Below, in pieces: positions 1 to 10,774 of a stretch of DNA of 64,000 bases. The position numbers were made by a program, and so were the translations under genes. Position 1 is the stretch's first letter. Each line of letters starts with the position of its first letter. A model generated the notes under the pieces. The model had not been told where the DNA came from. It did not search any database and worked only from the letters and a program-made list of their open reading frames with translations. The stretch is from a cyanobacterium endosymbiont of Rhopalodia gibba (GTDB taxonomy: Bacteria; Cyanobacteriota; Cyanobacteriia; Cyanobacteriales; Microcystaceae), in assembly GCA_045159875.1 (NCBI GenBank), contig CP067995.1, positions 224,001 to 288,000 of the forward strand, in the 5' to 3' direction.

Positions 1-315
1 GGCGCGATCTAGAAAAGGCTAAAATTGCTCCAACTTTAAAATTGAAATTTTGTGCTATGGGGTAGATATAGAAATACAGATTAAGAGAAGATTAACTAAA
101 AGTTTTATGGGTTATAGCTTAGAGTTATCTAGTTAGCTATAACCCCAGGGGCATCTTACACAGTGACGCTTTTAGCAGTTTTAACCAGTGTAGACTATAA
201 AGATTATGCTACAGTAATGGGGAAAAGGCGGAACTAAACCTTGAAACCCCTATACTATAGGTTTTCTGAATCTCCGCAATTTCAACCGCTGTTAATTCCT
301 ATTAGGGATTGATCA
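1..315 (+). CRISPR. Vestigial CRISPR leader with a single degenerate type I-D-like repeat (repeat 279-315)
   Basis: 279-315 ATTTCAACCGCTGTTAATTCCTATTAGGGATTGAtca is 37 nt and resembles cyanobacterial I-D repeats ending TAATCCCTATTAGGGATTGAAAC. It follows a leader-like stretch (ggcggaactaaaccttgaaacccc...ctccgca). No second repeat or spacer is present. Confidence 0.55.
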
Positions 316-1452
316 AGGGACTGAGTATATAGTATCTCTTTGTTGATAGGGACGGTGAATAGATTGGATCGCCTTCTGTAAGATTTCAACTTCCATGTAA
401 GTTCCCCCTTTTGCTCCTGCCATCGTGGTAATACTTTCTTCCATTAATGTTCCTCCAATGTCATTACAGCCCCATTGCAAAGCTTTTAATGCCCCATTTA
501 GCCCCAATTTAACCCAACTGGGTTGATGGTTAGAGATCCAGTTTCCTAACATAATTCTTGCTACCGCTGTTAACAATAAATTATCTTCCAATATAGGTTG
601 ATCTCTCCCCACCCTTTTTTTTAGAGATTTAGGGGCTTCTTTTCCAACAAAGGGTAATAAAATAAACTCTGTAATTCTGGCAGGATAACTCTTTTCGATA
701 GCTATTTTTTGAAGGTTTCTTAAATGAATTAAATGTTGTATTTGTTGTTGCGGGGTTTCAATGTGACCAGATAACATGGTACTCGTAGTAGGAACTCCTA
801 AACGATGGGCAATGCTTACAATTTCTAACCAAGTTTGTGTATTGATCTTTTCAGGGCAAATAACACGCCTTACGTTATCATCCAAGACTTCGGCTGCAGT
901 TCCTGGCATAGAGCCTAAGCCTGCATCCCGCAGGGCAATAATGACATCACTGTAACTAATGTCATCTTCTCTAGCAATAAATTGGATTTCTTGGGGAGAA
1001 AAGGCGTGTAAATGAAGTTGGGGGAATTCTCGTTTTAACGTGTTCACTAATTTTAAATAATAATCAAGGGAAGTTTTATTTAATTTAGCTTGGGGATGTA
1101 ACCCTCCCTGTATACAGATCTCTGTCGCTTGTTTTTTGACAGCATAGGCAGCTTTTTCAAGAATTTGGTCTGTTCTTAGCCAGAATGCCCCCTTTTGTCC
1201 TGCATCCCGTCGAAAGGCACAAAAATTACAATGTTGTTCACAAATATTAGTAAAGTTAATATTACAATTTATCACGTAAGTAACAATATCTCCTACTTGT
1301 TGTCGACGCAGTTTATCGGCTGTTTCTCTGATAGTATTAACTGACGCTTTCTCTATTTGAGTTAATAAGATAATTCCTTCTTCTGGCAATAAATCAATCC
1401 CTTCTGTAGCTTTATCTAAAATAGTATCTATAGATTTTTTTTTATAAATCAT
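313..1452 (-). CDS. cofH: FO (8-hydroxy-5-deazaflavin) synthase subunit CofH, radical SAM
   Basis: [17 protein letters not shown] (CX3CX2C), [11 protein letters not shown] and [12 protein letters not shown] motifs. Confidence 0.9.
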   Translation of the reverse strand: MIYKKKSIDTILDKATEGIDLLPEEGIILLTQIEKASVNTIRETADKLRRQQVGDIVTYVINCNINFTNICEQHCNFCAFRRDAGQKGAFWLRTDQILEKAAYAVKKQATEICIQGGLHPQAKLNKTSLDYYLKLVNTLKREFPQLHLHAFSPQEIQFIAREDDISYSDVIIALRDAGLGSMPGTAAEVLDDNVRRVICPEKINTQTWLEIVSIAHRLGVPTTSTMLSGHIETPQQQIQHLIHLRNLQKIAIEKSYPARITEFILLPFVGKEAPKSLKKRVGRDQPILEDNLLLTAVARIMLGNWISNHQPSWVKLGLNGALKALQWGCNDIGGTLMEESITTMAGAKGGTYMEVEILQKAIQSIHRPYQQRDTIYSVP

Positions 1453-1479
1453 ACTTATTTAATCAGTTTAAATTCAATC

Positions 1480-2200
1480 GTAATTAAAATGTCCTGTTGA
1501 GCAGTATTGCATTGCCAAAATAGTCAGTCTTTCAATTCTACCTATCTTCTTTGTACTATTTATTTCTGTCGAGAGTAGAAAATATTATTAACCAACAATA
1601 ACATCAATCTTCTGTTTGAACGCAAGGAAAAAGTCTCCCAAAAATAGAATACTCTCAATTTCAATGCTGTCGAGTGATAGTAGTTATCTCCGACACTGTA
1701 AGGTCTAATATCTTATCAAGAATAGGAAGTATATCCTTTTCACCTGAAACTAATGGTAGTTCTTTATTTTCCCAAACCCAAATTTGCTATCGCTGAATAT
1801 TAATTGACTAAGTAAGCCTAGTCTCATTACTCAAACAGTGTAGAATTTTGTTCTATAGCCATAATCTACTTCGGTCAAGGGAGCAAATTTTAATTCACCA
1901 GTGCGGCGGGCTTTGCTGGGAGCCATCTCTATTACAGAGGTGATCACTGTTAATGACAGCAATCTCAGAAATACGAGATAACAAGAAAGCAATACATCGG
2001 AGTTCTTGAATAGCTTCCCCTGTATTAGTTTGAAGGCTAATATCGTTAACGAAATTGCAGCGGGTGCAAGAATGAAACAGTTTTGGCATAGGCTTTTACT
2101 TCGCGTGTCCATCCATCGATAAATTTCTAAGTTGGAGATGCTTAAATGTTTGGTTTTGGGAGAAAAGTATTTAGTATTTAAGGAGCTAATAATGCTAGAT
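1480..2200 (-). pseudogene. Probable decayed gene, family not recognised
   Basis: A protein-like frame from 2089 (MPKLFHSC...SPPHW*IKICSLDRSRLWL*...IWVWENKELPLV) continues through in-frame stops towards the cofH start. Confidence 0.3.
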
Positions 2201-2282
2201 GATTGCATCATGAAGTTATCTACAAAAGGATATAAGAAGGCACAATGTATTTTTAGGATATGGCTAACACTCTTTTGATTGT

Positions 2283-2624
2283 ATGAACATTAAAGAAAAA
2301 TTTGATCAATATCCTCCTGACATGCAGCAATGGATGATCCAACAAGAAAAAAATAAATTAACTCGTATTAAACAAGCCTTGGAGAAAGGCAAAATAGTTT
2401 ACACTCAATTAAAAGAAGAAAATAAAGGGAAATGGTTAGAAAAAACTATTCAATTATTAGAACAATACTTAAGCCTTCTCCCTCCAAGGGACTATCCTTT
2501 GGAAGAAGTTTCCGATAACTATATCTTACAAGTGTGGGAGAGGCTAGAAAATGATTTCAGTTTACACGAATTAATTTCTCAAGTGGAAACACGATATGAA
2601 GAATTACTAAAAATAAAACTCTAA
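2283..2624 (+). CDS. Hypothetical helical protein (113 aa)
   Basis: Intact ORF with coding-like composition; converges on the next gene. Confidence 0.7.
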   Translation: MNIKEKFDQYPPDMQQWMIQQEKNKLTRIKQALEKGKIVYTQLKEENKGKWLEKTIQLLEQYLSLLPPRDYPLEEVSDNYILQVWERLENDFSLHELISQVETRYEELLKIKL

Positions 2625-3085
2625 TCAGGTTTATTTAAACGCAATTGTTTAAGTAAACTGTACACAAGAGGAGAGAGAACAACCCCCATCGCTAAAACAA
2701 AAATTAACCCGCTGAACAGTGCATAAAGTGAGGCAAAAAACTTGGCACTATTAGTTAATAATGGACTAACAGGACCCATTCCACTGAGAATCATAGACGC
2801 TTCCACCATAGCATCGATCCAACTTAAATTGGCAGTCCAATGATAGCCAATAATACCGACTAAAAGTCCGAGCAAGATAAAAAGAGTAGACAAACCTAGA
2901 TAACTCACAAAATCACGAATAAATGTGTTTTCTGTGTGAGTTCTTTTGTCCAAGAGTGATTCTACTTGTTTCCAGTCTTCCATGGATTGTGATGGGGGCT
3001 TTTGTTTAGAAAATAGATGGACATTAGCCGAGTTTCTTGTCAGTTGTGGTTTGGTTACTGTTATACTCTTGAGTGGTTGTCTCAT
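2621..3085 (-). CDS. Small two-TM membrane protein with an ion-channel pore-like segment
   Basis: TM helix, then LSWIDAMVEASMILSGMGP, then a second TM helix; this is the Ion_trans_2-like layout but without the GYG filter. Confidence 0.7.
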   Translation of the reverse strand: MRQPLKSITVTKPQLTRNSANVHLFSKQKPPSQSMEDWKQVESLLDKRTHTENTFIRDFVSYLGLSTLFILLGLLVGIIGYHWTANLSWIDAMVEASMILSGMGPVSPLLTNSAKFFASLYALFSGLIFVLAMGVVLSPLVYSLLKQLRLNKPD

Positions 3086-3221
3086 CTTTACCCTTAATAG
3101 TAAACATTCAACCCTAATAATAAACCCCCAAATCGGATTAGCCTAGTGGGGGGATAGATAAATGTTACAGATTAGGAACATAAACTTTTTTATAAAAAAT
3201 AATATAACTATTTAATGTTTT

Positions 3222-3237
3222 TGTAAAAATTAATACA
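3222..3237. promoter_or_regulatory. NtcA-like box TGTA-N8-TACA
   Basis: tgtaaaaattaataca. A TAN3T hexamer (TATTTT, 3201-3196) lies 21 nt downstream on the minus strand, towards the 3085 start. Confidence 0.4.
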
Positions 3238-3479
3238 GTCATTTAACTAAAAAAATATCTTCCAAAGCAAAAGCGAGCATGAATATTTAATCTTTTTTAA
3301 AGACATGGCAATATACAAAGTAAGTATTTAGAGATTTAGATAATCTTATTTTGGAACAAACTTTTTTAATGTCTGTAGCAGATGATTCACATTTCTCACT
3401 GCGTCACACTCTCGAAAAAATAGATGTATGATCATATAAGATTGTCTTATGTTAGCCATAGAACAACCGCTCTTTTTTT

Positions 3480-4480
3480 TAAAAATAGGCTAGAAAAGTT
3501 AGTTATATCAAACTTAAAAAACTTTAGATTAGTTTTAGTATATCCTACTATCTAGTTCAGCCTTCTTAATAAGTTTATTAACATCAATTAAATAAATAAA
3601 TAATTATAATATTCAGTCTTATTTTTTACTAAAAATTGTTATGATTTTCTCTGTCAAGAGAAGTATTTTTCAAAAAAATAGTGACGTTTTATACAACTAG
3701 TTTAATTTGGCTTTTTATTTTTGACTAGACTAGTATTTTACTATCTTTAGTTTCTTATTTAAGTTTTTTTGTTTATATAGTTTAGTATTAACTTGCTTCA
3801 TAACATGAAATCTATCTGCTATTACTACAGTTTATAGCATTAATTTGTTCATAATCTTCTTATATGGTTCCCCAATATCTGTACTAACATCTTCAATTTT
3901 TATCAAAATTCTCTTTTTGTAAGCTTTTATCTATCTTACCATTTTTTTGTATTTTCTTGTTTTTATCATTTTTAAGCTTACTCCTTTACGTGAATTTACT
4001 AACACTACATAGGAACTTCCTTATCTTTCAATAAAAGCAATTTTATGGATTGCGAACTGTTTGAATATCGGCTGGTTTTCTTCTGTAATTTTTAATTTTA
4101 ATCTTTGAAAATCGTTGTTATTTTTTGTAGTCTATTTGTTTCAGCTATATTTTTAATATCACCATTTAAGATGTCTTCAATGATTTTTGTCTTAAATTTA
4201 TCTTAAATCTTTCAAAATGTGTTTTTTAAAAAAAATTTAACTACTCTATAATTTCGTTACACATTGATTATATTTGATTTGATGACGATTAACCTTTAGA
4301 TAGATATATTTCTCTTAACCAAGACAAATCTTTAAGAGTTAACTCATTATTTTGATGAAGTTTTCTGGTGGTTAAACCACTTAAATGCAAGTTAATGTCT
4401 ATTCTATTTTAAAACAAATAAAACTATCATTAGTTATTTAAAATCTTATCATAGGTTATGGTAAATTTTTCTGAATTTAA
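3480..4480 (-). mobile_element. Fossil ISL3-family transposase, near full length
   Basis: Minus-strand fragments KLHQNNELTLKDLSW/LKVNRHQIK, EDILNGDIKNIA, IEDVSTD and VIADRFHVMKQVN (3791-3820), with many stops and frameshifts. Confidence 0.85.
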
Positions 4481-5139
4481 AATATCATTTATAAACCTTA
4501 GTAAAGTATTTTATATTTTAGGTATTAATAAGATTATAGTAATAAATTGTGGTTGTTTTTAAAACACAATTAACTACTATAGTATCTATATAATAATAGT
4601 TGTTGATAAGTCCATTATTGAAAACAAAATGTTTTCTTTTTATCTTTATATAACGGATTTAGTAGAAAAAATTAAATTGATATGACTATCAAGTTTATTC
4701 AATGACTACATTGTCAATATTTGAAGTCTTATCTACAAACTCAATATCTTGTTTAACTTTGTCGAATAAATCAACAGGTTTATGACTTTATCTTTTTCAA
4801 AACCTGCTCACGTTTTTATGAGATAAATCCTCAAATATTTTAGGCAAACAATGATACACTAAATATTAAAATTTAGTGATTAAATATTAACTATAGAAGG
4901 TTAAATGATACTTGAAAGTTAATTGTTTTGCAGAAGTTTTGGCAGCCATACTAATCCTGACGATTGTCTTTATCCTATCAGTTTTCTGCGCTTTGTTTTT
5001 AGCGCTCGCTTTATATTTCTGTACAAATTTACAAATTATATTTAAGTTCATCTATCAATGCTTAAGTTCCACTAACAATAAACTTAAATTAACCTAATTT
5101 TATGATTTTAGACCTCTCTATCAGCTCCGAATTGAGCAA

Positions 5140-5260
5140 TAGTTTTTAAAAACTAAAGGATTGTCATTTGAAGTGGTTTTTTAGTTCTTAGCCAAAAGAT
5201 TTATGGACAAAGTTTTATTGATAGATACTTCCATTAGGAAATTTAATTTTCAACTTTTTT
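5140..5260 (-). pseudogene. Decayed KTSC-domain tail of LysS
   Basis: A frameshift at the A-run near 5255 gives [25 protein letters not shown], which matches the KTSC consensus. Confidence 0.7.
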
Positions 5261-6826
5261 ATCAGCATTATATTCACAAGATTTAACCATAACACTTTGA
5301 GTTTTTAAAAGAGGAAAAGCAATTACATCCCGAATACTGACTGAATCAGTTAATAGCATTACTAAGCGATCTATGCCAATTCCTAGTCCACCTGTGGGGG
5401 GCATTCCGTATTCTAAGGCGGTTAAGAAATCTTCATCAACTCCTTGTGCTTCTAGGTCTCCTGTGGCCTTTTGGGCAGCTTGTTCTTCTAATCTTTGTCT
5501 TTGATCAATAGGATCAGTTAGTTCAGAAAAACTATTAGCTAATTCTCGTCCCACAATATACAGTTCAAACCGTTCTACTAACCCTTTCTGGGATCGATGA
5601 GGCTTAGCTAAAGGAGAAATTTCTACTGGAAAATCAAGAACAAAAGTAGGTTGAGTCAAGGTTTCTTCAACCGTTTGCTCAAAGGTTTCATTGAGTAATT
5701 TACCTAAAGAAAGACAATTATCAGGAACTTCAATCCCAGCTTTTTTAACAGCTTTTTTAGCTTCTTCAAAAGTTTCAAATTGATTAAAATCCAGTCCGCT
5801 TTTTTCTTTAACAATTTCATGCATTGTTACTCTTCTCCACGGAGTAGATAAGTCAATTTCTTCCCCTTGGTAGGTGATTTTTAAAGTTCCTAAAACGTCT
5901 TGTGCCGCAGTGGTAATAATTTTTACAGTTAGTTCCATCATATCGAAGTAGTCAGCATAAGCTTGATACACTTCAATGGAAGTAAATTCAGGATTATGTT
6001 TGGTTGAAATCCCTTCATTGCGAAAAATTCTTCCCAATTCAAAAACCTTTTCAAACCCTCCTATAATTAACCTTTTAAGGTGTAATTCAGTAGCAATTCT
6101 CAGGTATAAATCCATCTCCAAGGTATTATGATAAGTAACAAAAGGACGAGCTTCCGCTCCCCCTGCTTCTCCTTGTAATACAGGAGTTTCTATTTCAATA
6201 AATCCTTTTTTATCTAAATAGCGACGGATCGAAGCGGTAATTTGAGCACGACGGCGAAAAGTCTGTCTTACCTGGGGATTAATAATCAAATCAACATAGC
6301 GTTGACGATAGCGTTTTTCTGTATCTGTCAATCCATGCCATTTATCGGGTAAAGGTAACAAGGACTTGGTCAAAATTGTATAGGTATTAACATTAACAGA
6401 TAGTTCTCCCTTTTCAGTTCTTTTTAAGTTTCCTGTTACCCCTAAAATATCACCAGTATCTGTTAATTTTTTGAGATTATTAAACGCATCAGGAAAATCC
6501 TTCATAGAGGATTGAATTCGTTTCTTATCTAAATATAATTGAATAGTTCCTGTTTCATCTTGCAGGTTAAAAAAAGCTAGTTTTCCAAATACCCGACGGG
6601 CAATAATCCTCCCTGCGATCGCCACTTCTATGTCAATTTCTTCCCCATCTTTAAGAGCAATATATTTATCCTGTAAATCAACCGCAGTATTAGTAGATTT
6701 CCATTTATAAGCGTAGGGAACTAAATTCAATCGTTTTAACTCCTCAACTTTCTCAAGACGTGTTGTGCGAATTTCTTCTAAAGTAGAGATGGATTTGGAT
6801 TCTTTTAGGGGCTGATTGGAAGACAT
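5243..6826 (-). CDS. lysS: Lysine--tRNA ligase (class II)
   Basis: [27 protein letters not shown] and [15 protein letters not shown] motifs. Confidence 0.98.
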   Translation of the reverse strand: MSSNQPLKESKSISTLEEIRTTRLEKVEELKRLNLVPYAYKWKSTNTAVDLQDKYIALKDGEEIDIEVAIAGRIIARRVFGKLAFFNLQDETGTIQLYLDKKRIQSSMKDFPDAFNNLKKLTDTGDILGVTGNLKRTEKGELSVNVNTYTILTKSLLPLPDKWHGLTDTEKRYRQRYVDLIINPQVRQTFRRRAQITASIRRYLDKKGFIEIETPVLQGEAGGAEARPFVTYHNTLEMDLYLRIATELHLKRLIIGGFEKVFELGRIFRNEGISTKHNPEFTSIEVYQAYADYFDMMELTVKIITTAAQDVLGTLKITYQGEEIDLSTPWRRVTMHEIVKEKSGLDFNQFETFEEAKKAVKKAGIEVPDNCLSLGKLLNETFEQTVEETLTQPTFVLDFPVEISPLAKPHRSQKGLVERFELYIVGRELANSFSELTDPIDQRQRLEEQAAQKATGDLEAQGVDEDFLTALEYGMPPTGGLGIGIDRLVMLLTDSVSIRDVIAFPLLKTQSVMVKSCEYNADKKVEN

Positions 6827-7059
6827 TGTAATTGATAATTAAGATAGTATAAAACTACAAACAAAAACCTCTGTTTGGGATGACCTCCAAACAGGAACCT
6901 AAATGGAATTTTATTATAGCTTGTTACCCTTAAATATCTTGCAATTTAACCAAAATGTTATGCTTAAAAGATTAAGTAATGGAGCATAACTTTGACTTAC
7001 AGTAATTATCAAATGTTTAATCTGAAGTTTTCTACACCAATAGGCTCTGATCTCTACTG

Positions 7060-7710
7060 AAATCCAGGTTCACTATATAGACGTCTGTAAGTTAGTTCTT
7101 AGTAATTTCGACTCTAGCCTAAATAATTAGAGCAAACATGAGATCAGGACCGCATACATTAGCCTCTGCGAGGTTAGTACACTTAGAACTAGTGCCATAG
7201 AGATTGGATTCACCTAAATTGGCTTCTGTTAAATTAACAGAACTGGAATGGGTTTCGCTCAAATTCGCACTTCCTATATTTACCTAACTTGAATTGACTT
7301 TCCCAAAATCTGCACAAGACAATTGTGCTTCTTCTTAGTGGAGTTAATTCCTGTTGATGTTTCTAAAGTCAAGGCTTCAAGACTTTAACATTCTTTGGGT
7401 TACTCCATACACAACATTTTTTCCAAAACTAGCTGCGGTTATCTGTCCGTTGATGTACGCCCACTTTACTTGATGTTTGGGCTTTGGGCTTTGGGCTCAA
7501 ATAATTGCTTAACCATTTCGAAAACATTGGGATTGTCTGTAGCAGGGCGCAATTGCTTGACTATACAAATAGGAGTTCCTGAAACAAATAAATCGGTAGA
7601 CCTAAAGGCTACCCAAAAAATTCTTTTGTCTCAAATAAGTTCCTAGAGGTCAACACCGGTTTTTAAATTAAAGTGGAGTCCTATCGACAAATTTTAACAC
7701 AGTAGTTTAT
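7060..7710 (-). pseudogene. SpkB-like Ser/Thr kinase with pentapeptide repeats; pseudogene with internal deletion
   Basis: TDLFVSGTPICIVKQLRPATDNPNVFEMVKQL (kinase N-lobe) is followed after about 200 bp by pentapeptide-like TEANLGESNLYG...TNLAEANVCG; stops and frameshifts are present. Confidence 0.7.
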
Positions 7711-7907
7711 GAAGCCTCACCGACGTCATATTTTTTGGCTTTGACTAATCGGATTCAAATCAGGGTCGATACCAATTAATTAGAGTAGTCAAATTTCAAT
7801 ATTCTTTGAAGAACATGAGAAAAATTATTTAAGTTGACTATTTTTTCTTTAAATTATGCATCAGCCAGTCTCTCAATGTGACCTTGCTGATGCATAATTT
7901 AAAGAAG

Positions 7908-8120
7908 TTAATCGATAGAAATTGATTGGGGACCACTTCCGTTATCGGAAGTGCTATCTGTATAGGTAAAATCGGTAAATCCTTGTTTGCCTAACCAGGC
8001 TTTCAAGGGATCTTCGGATAATTTTAGTTTTAGACTCCCAGATACAAACCCTCCAGTAAATACTAATGGATGCTGTAAAAATTCTTGAAAAATAAGCTGT
8101 AATTCGTCGAGAAACATCAC
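7908..8120 (-). CDS. Conserved small cyanobacterial protein
   Basis: MFLDELQ...GGFVSG.LKL.LSEDPLK.WL...GPQSISID, a pattern I recognise from small cyanobacterial hypotheticals. Confidence 0.75.
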   Translation of the reverse strand: MMFLDELQLIFQEFLQHPLVFTGGFVSGSLKLKLSEDPLKAWLGKQGFTDFTYTDSTSDNGSGPQSISID

Positions 8121-8631
8121 AAATCTCCTTGTGTTTGATGGAATTAATAACTAGGGTTTTTGAAAAACTATTCTCTTCAATTGTCCCCTTGTTAAATGTT
8201 AAGTTAATCCAAGTCAATGGGACAAACTTATGGAAGACTTTGGCTAAATCTACAACGGCTGAATTGTCAAGGAGGATAAATCCAGTTCTACTGATAATTG
8301 TTGTTGTGTTAGGATTTTATTTGTTTAGATCACTGTTTGAGTAGTTGCCTCTGATACTGTAACTATTTTGGAAGGAAACAACCTGATAATTTAGGTGTAA
8401 GTGAGCAAAGACTGACGGCTTATCCAAGTAGTCCCAACTGTATCAGTTCTCAAAGTTCTGACTTCAGACATTATTATTGATTCCATCACTCGTCAGTATA
8501 GAATATCGTCAGCAATCGCCACTCTTAAAGAGATTATTAAAAATTAAGAACACACTCAAATTACCAAAGAAGCTAATAGTTATTTCTATGCTTAATTCAC
8601 TGCTCGTTAGATGGGGATCATTGATAATATA

Positions 8632-8678
8632 GAATCGCACATCAATCAACCCTTTAAGGGTTGATTGATGTGCGATTC
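8632..8678. repeat. Perfect inverted repeat, 23-bp arms with 1-nt centre
   Basis: gaatcgcacatcaatcaaccctt-t-aagggttgattgatgtgcgattc. Confidence 0.95.
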
Positions 8679-8781
8679 GCTTCTCGTTTAGGAAAACTTA
8701 TTGAAGAGTTAATCGTCAGCGTATTGAATAAATTTGACAGGCATTTAATAGCTAATGTTTTAAGCGTGTTAGAGTAGCCTA

Positions 8782-9969
8782 GTGTACCTAAATTACCTAA
8801 CAATCTTACTTAGTAGATTTGTTCTAGAGATTATGCAATTTATTATTGAAGCTATTGAACAATCCCCCCAACAAAAAATAACTTTTGCTGATTACATGAG
8901 TCTAGCCCTTTATCACCCCCAAGGAGGATATTATTCTTCTGGACGAGCACAAATTGGAACTCAGGGAGATTTTTTTACAGCTTCTTCTTTAGGATCAGAT
9001 TTTGGAGAATTGCTAGCTGAGCAGTTTTTGGAAATGTGGAAATTGTTAGGCTCTCCCAAAGCTTTTAATTTAGTGGAAGTAGGTGCGGGAAGTGGTTGGT
9101 GTGCTGCTGATATTTTAAAGTATTTACATGATAATTATCCAGATTTCTATGAAGTAACCCACTATATTATTGTTGAAGAAGCACGAAGATTAATTGAAAA
9201 GCAAGAAAGTATTCTTAGTATGACTGATAAAGAAAATAAAGTTATTTGGAAATCGTGGGATGAAATTGAAGATTCGTCTCTAACTGGTTGTATTTTTAGC
9301 AATGAATTAATTGATGCTTTTCCAGTTCATTTGATAACTATTAACAATAAAAAAATAACAGAAATATATGTAACGCAGTTGGAAGGAAAAATCAAAGAAG
9401 TCATCTCAGAATTGTCAACTACAAAAATTATTGATTATTTTGAATTAATTAATATTAATTTAAATACTAATGAATATCCTGAAAACTACCGTACTGAAGT
9501 CAATTTAAAGGCTTTAGATTGGTTAAAAAAAATATGCAGTAAGTTAAAACGTGGTTATCTACTAACAATAGATTATGGGCATGTAGCTAGTAAATATTAT
9601 CACCCTCAACGCCATAAAGGAACGTTAAAATGCTATTATAAACACCGTCATCATGATAATCCTTATGTTAACATTGGACAGCAAGATATAACATCTCATG
9701 TTAACTTTACTGCTCTGGAAAAACAAGGGGAATTATTAAACTTAGAAACTGTAAAATTTACTCAACAAGGACTATTTTTAATGGGATTAGGATTGGGCAC
9801 TCGTCTGCTGGAATTGTCCACGGGTAAGTATGGTTTTCTTGACGTGATTAAACGTCGGGATACCCTTCACCAATTAATTGATCCCATGGGGTTAGGAGGA
9901 TTTGGAGTATTGTTACAAAGTAAAGGACTGACAAAAGAAGAAAAAAGACGACCGCTTAAAGGTTTTTGA
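8782..9969 (+). CDS. SAM-dependent methyltransferase, MidA/NDUFAF7 family (start may be ATG 8833)
   Basis: ITFADYM..ALY.P.GGYY, GDFFTA, VEVGAGSG, FSNELIDAFP and QDITSHVNF motifs. Confidence 0.9.
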   Translation: MYLNYLTILLSRFVLEIMQFIIEAIEQSPQQKITFADYMSLALYHPQGGYYSSGRAQIGTQGDFFTASSLGSDFGELLAEQFLEMWKLLGSPKAFNLVEVGAGSGWCAADILKYLHDNYPDFYEVTHYIIVEEARRLIEKQESILSMTDKENKVIWKSWDEIEDSSLTGCIFSNELIDAFPVHLITINNKKITEIYVTQLEGKIKEVISELSTTKIIDYFELININLNTNEYPENYRTEVNLKALDWLKKICSKLKRGYLLTIDYGHVASKYYHPQRHKGTLKCYYKHRHHDNPYVNIGQQDITSHVNFTALEKQGELLNLETVKFTQQGLFLMGLGLGTRLLELSTGKYGFLDVIKRRDTLHQLIDPMGLGGFGVLLQSKGLTKEEKRRPLKGF

Positions 9970-10229
9970 CGAAAAATTAATCACGTATGTTAAGTATTTT
10001 AAATACTAATCATCATAACATCATCTCTTAATCTATAAACATTGATTCACTTATAAACTTTGTATTAAAATTAACACTATATAAATAATTGAATTGATTG
10101 GGATGTGCCCAACTCTAAAAGTCTACTTTCTCTTGAACATAAACTGTTTTTTACAACTAAGCTGTTATTTTTCCTATGAAAAGAAAAAAGTCTCTAATAG
10201 AAAAGTAGTTAAAACATAGCAATAACTAA

Positions 10230-10440
10230 ATGCCAGCTTGCCTAAAAGTTCAGCTAATACAATTAGAAAACAAAAATTGTTAAAGTTAGCTCGTAACCCA
10301 GAAATTATCTTCAGAACGAGAGCAGAAGTTTTATTTTTAATAAGAGGATGGAAAATCCAATAAATTGCAGATGAGGTTAAGTTATATACTGCAGAGATAA
10401 GGGAATATATATGGTAATTAGTTTTAAGAATTATTTAGTA
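10230..10440 (+). mobile_element. IS630-family transposase N-terminal remnant
   Basis: MPACLKVQL/KLLKLARNPEIIFRTRAEVLFLIRGWKIQ*IAD resembles the cyanobacterial IS630 HTH start. Confidence 0.65.
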
Positions 10441-10774
10441 TATATGAATAGTTTAGTTAAGGTCAGATTGAACAAAAGCCCATGAGATTGTCGGAAGAAA
10501 GCGATTCTATAAAGTCTTTATCAAAAAAGTTACCATAAGAAATGTAGATTAAAACAATATAAATTTAACTCTAATTGCTTAAATATTAGAAATACAAGAT
10601 GATTTACTGACTTTTTCCATCAACAATTTTTTCATTCTCATTAAAAATCGTCCATCGACGATCACACCATGAAAGTACCACTTGTGAAAATTGTTGCTTA
10701 ACTTGAAATATGGATATTTTATCTAAGGATTTAATTAAGTAAGATAGACAATAATCTCATTCAGATAAGCCTAA

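Noticed and set aside
1831..2211. 126-aa ORF as a real gene
   Set aside because: No recognisable family; it overlaps a more protein-like broken frame.
8129..8520. ORFs 7954-8217 and 8129-8344, and a possible histidine-kinase remnant
   Set aside because: The resemblance is vague and no H-box or G-box motif is recoverable.
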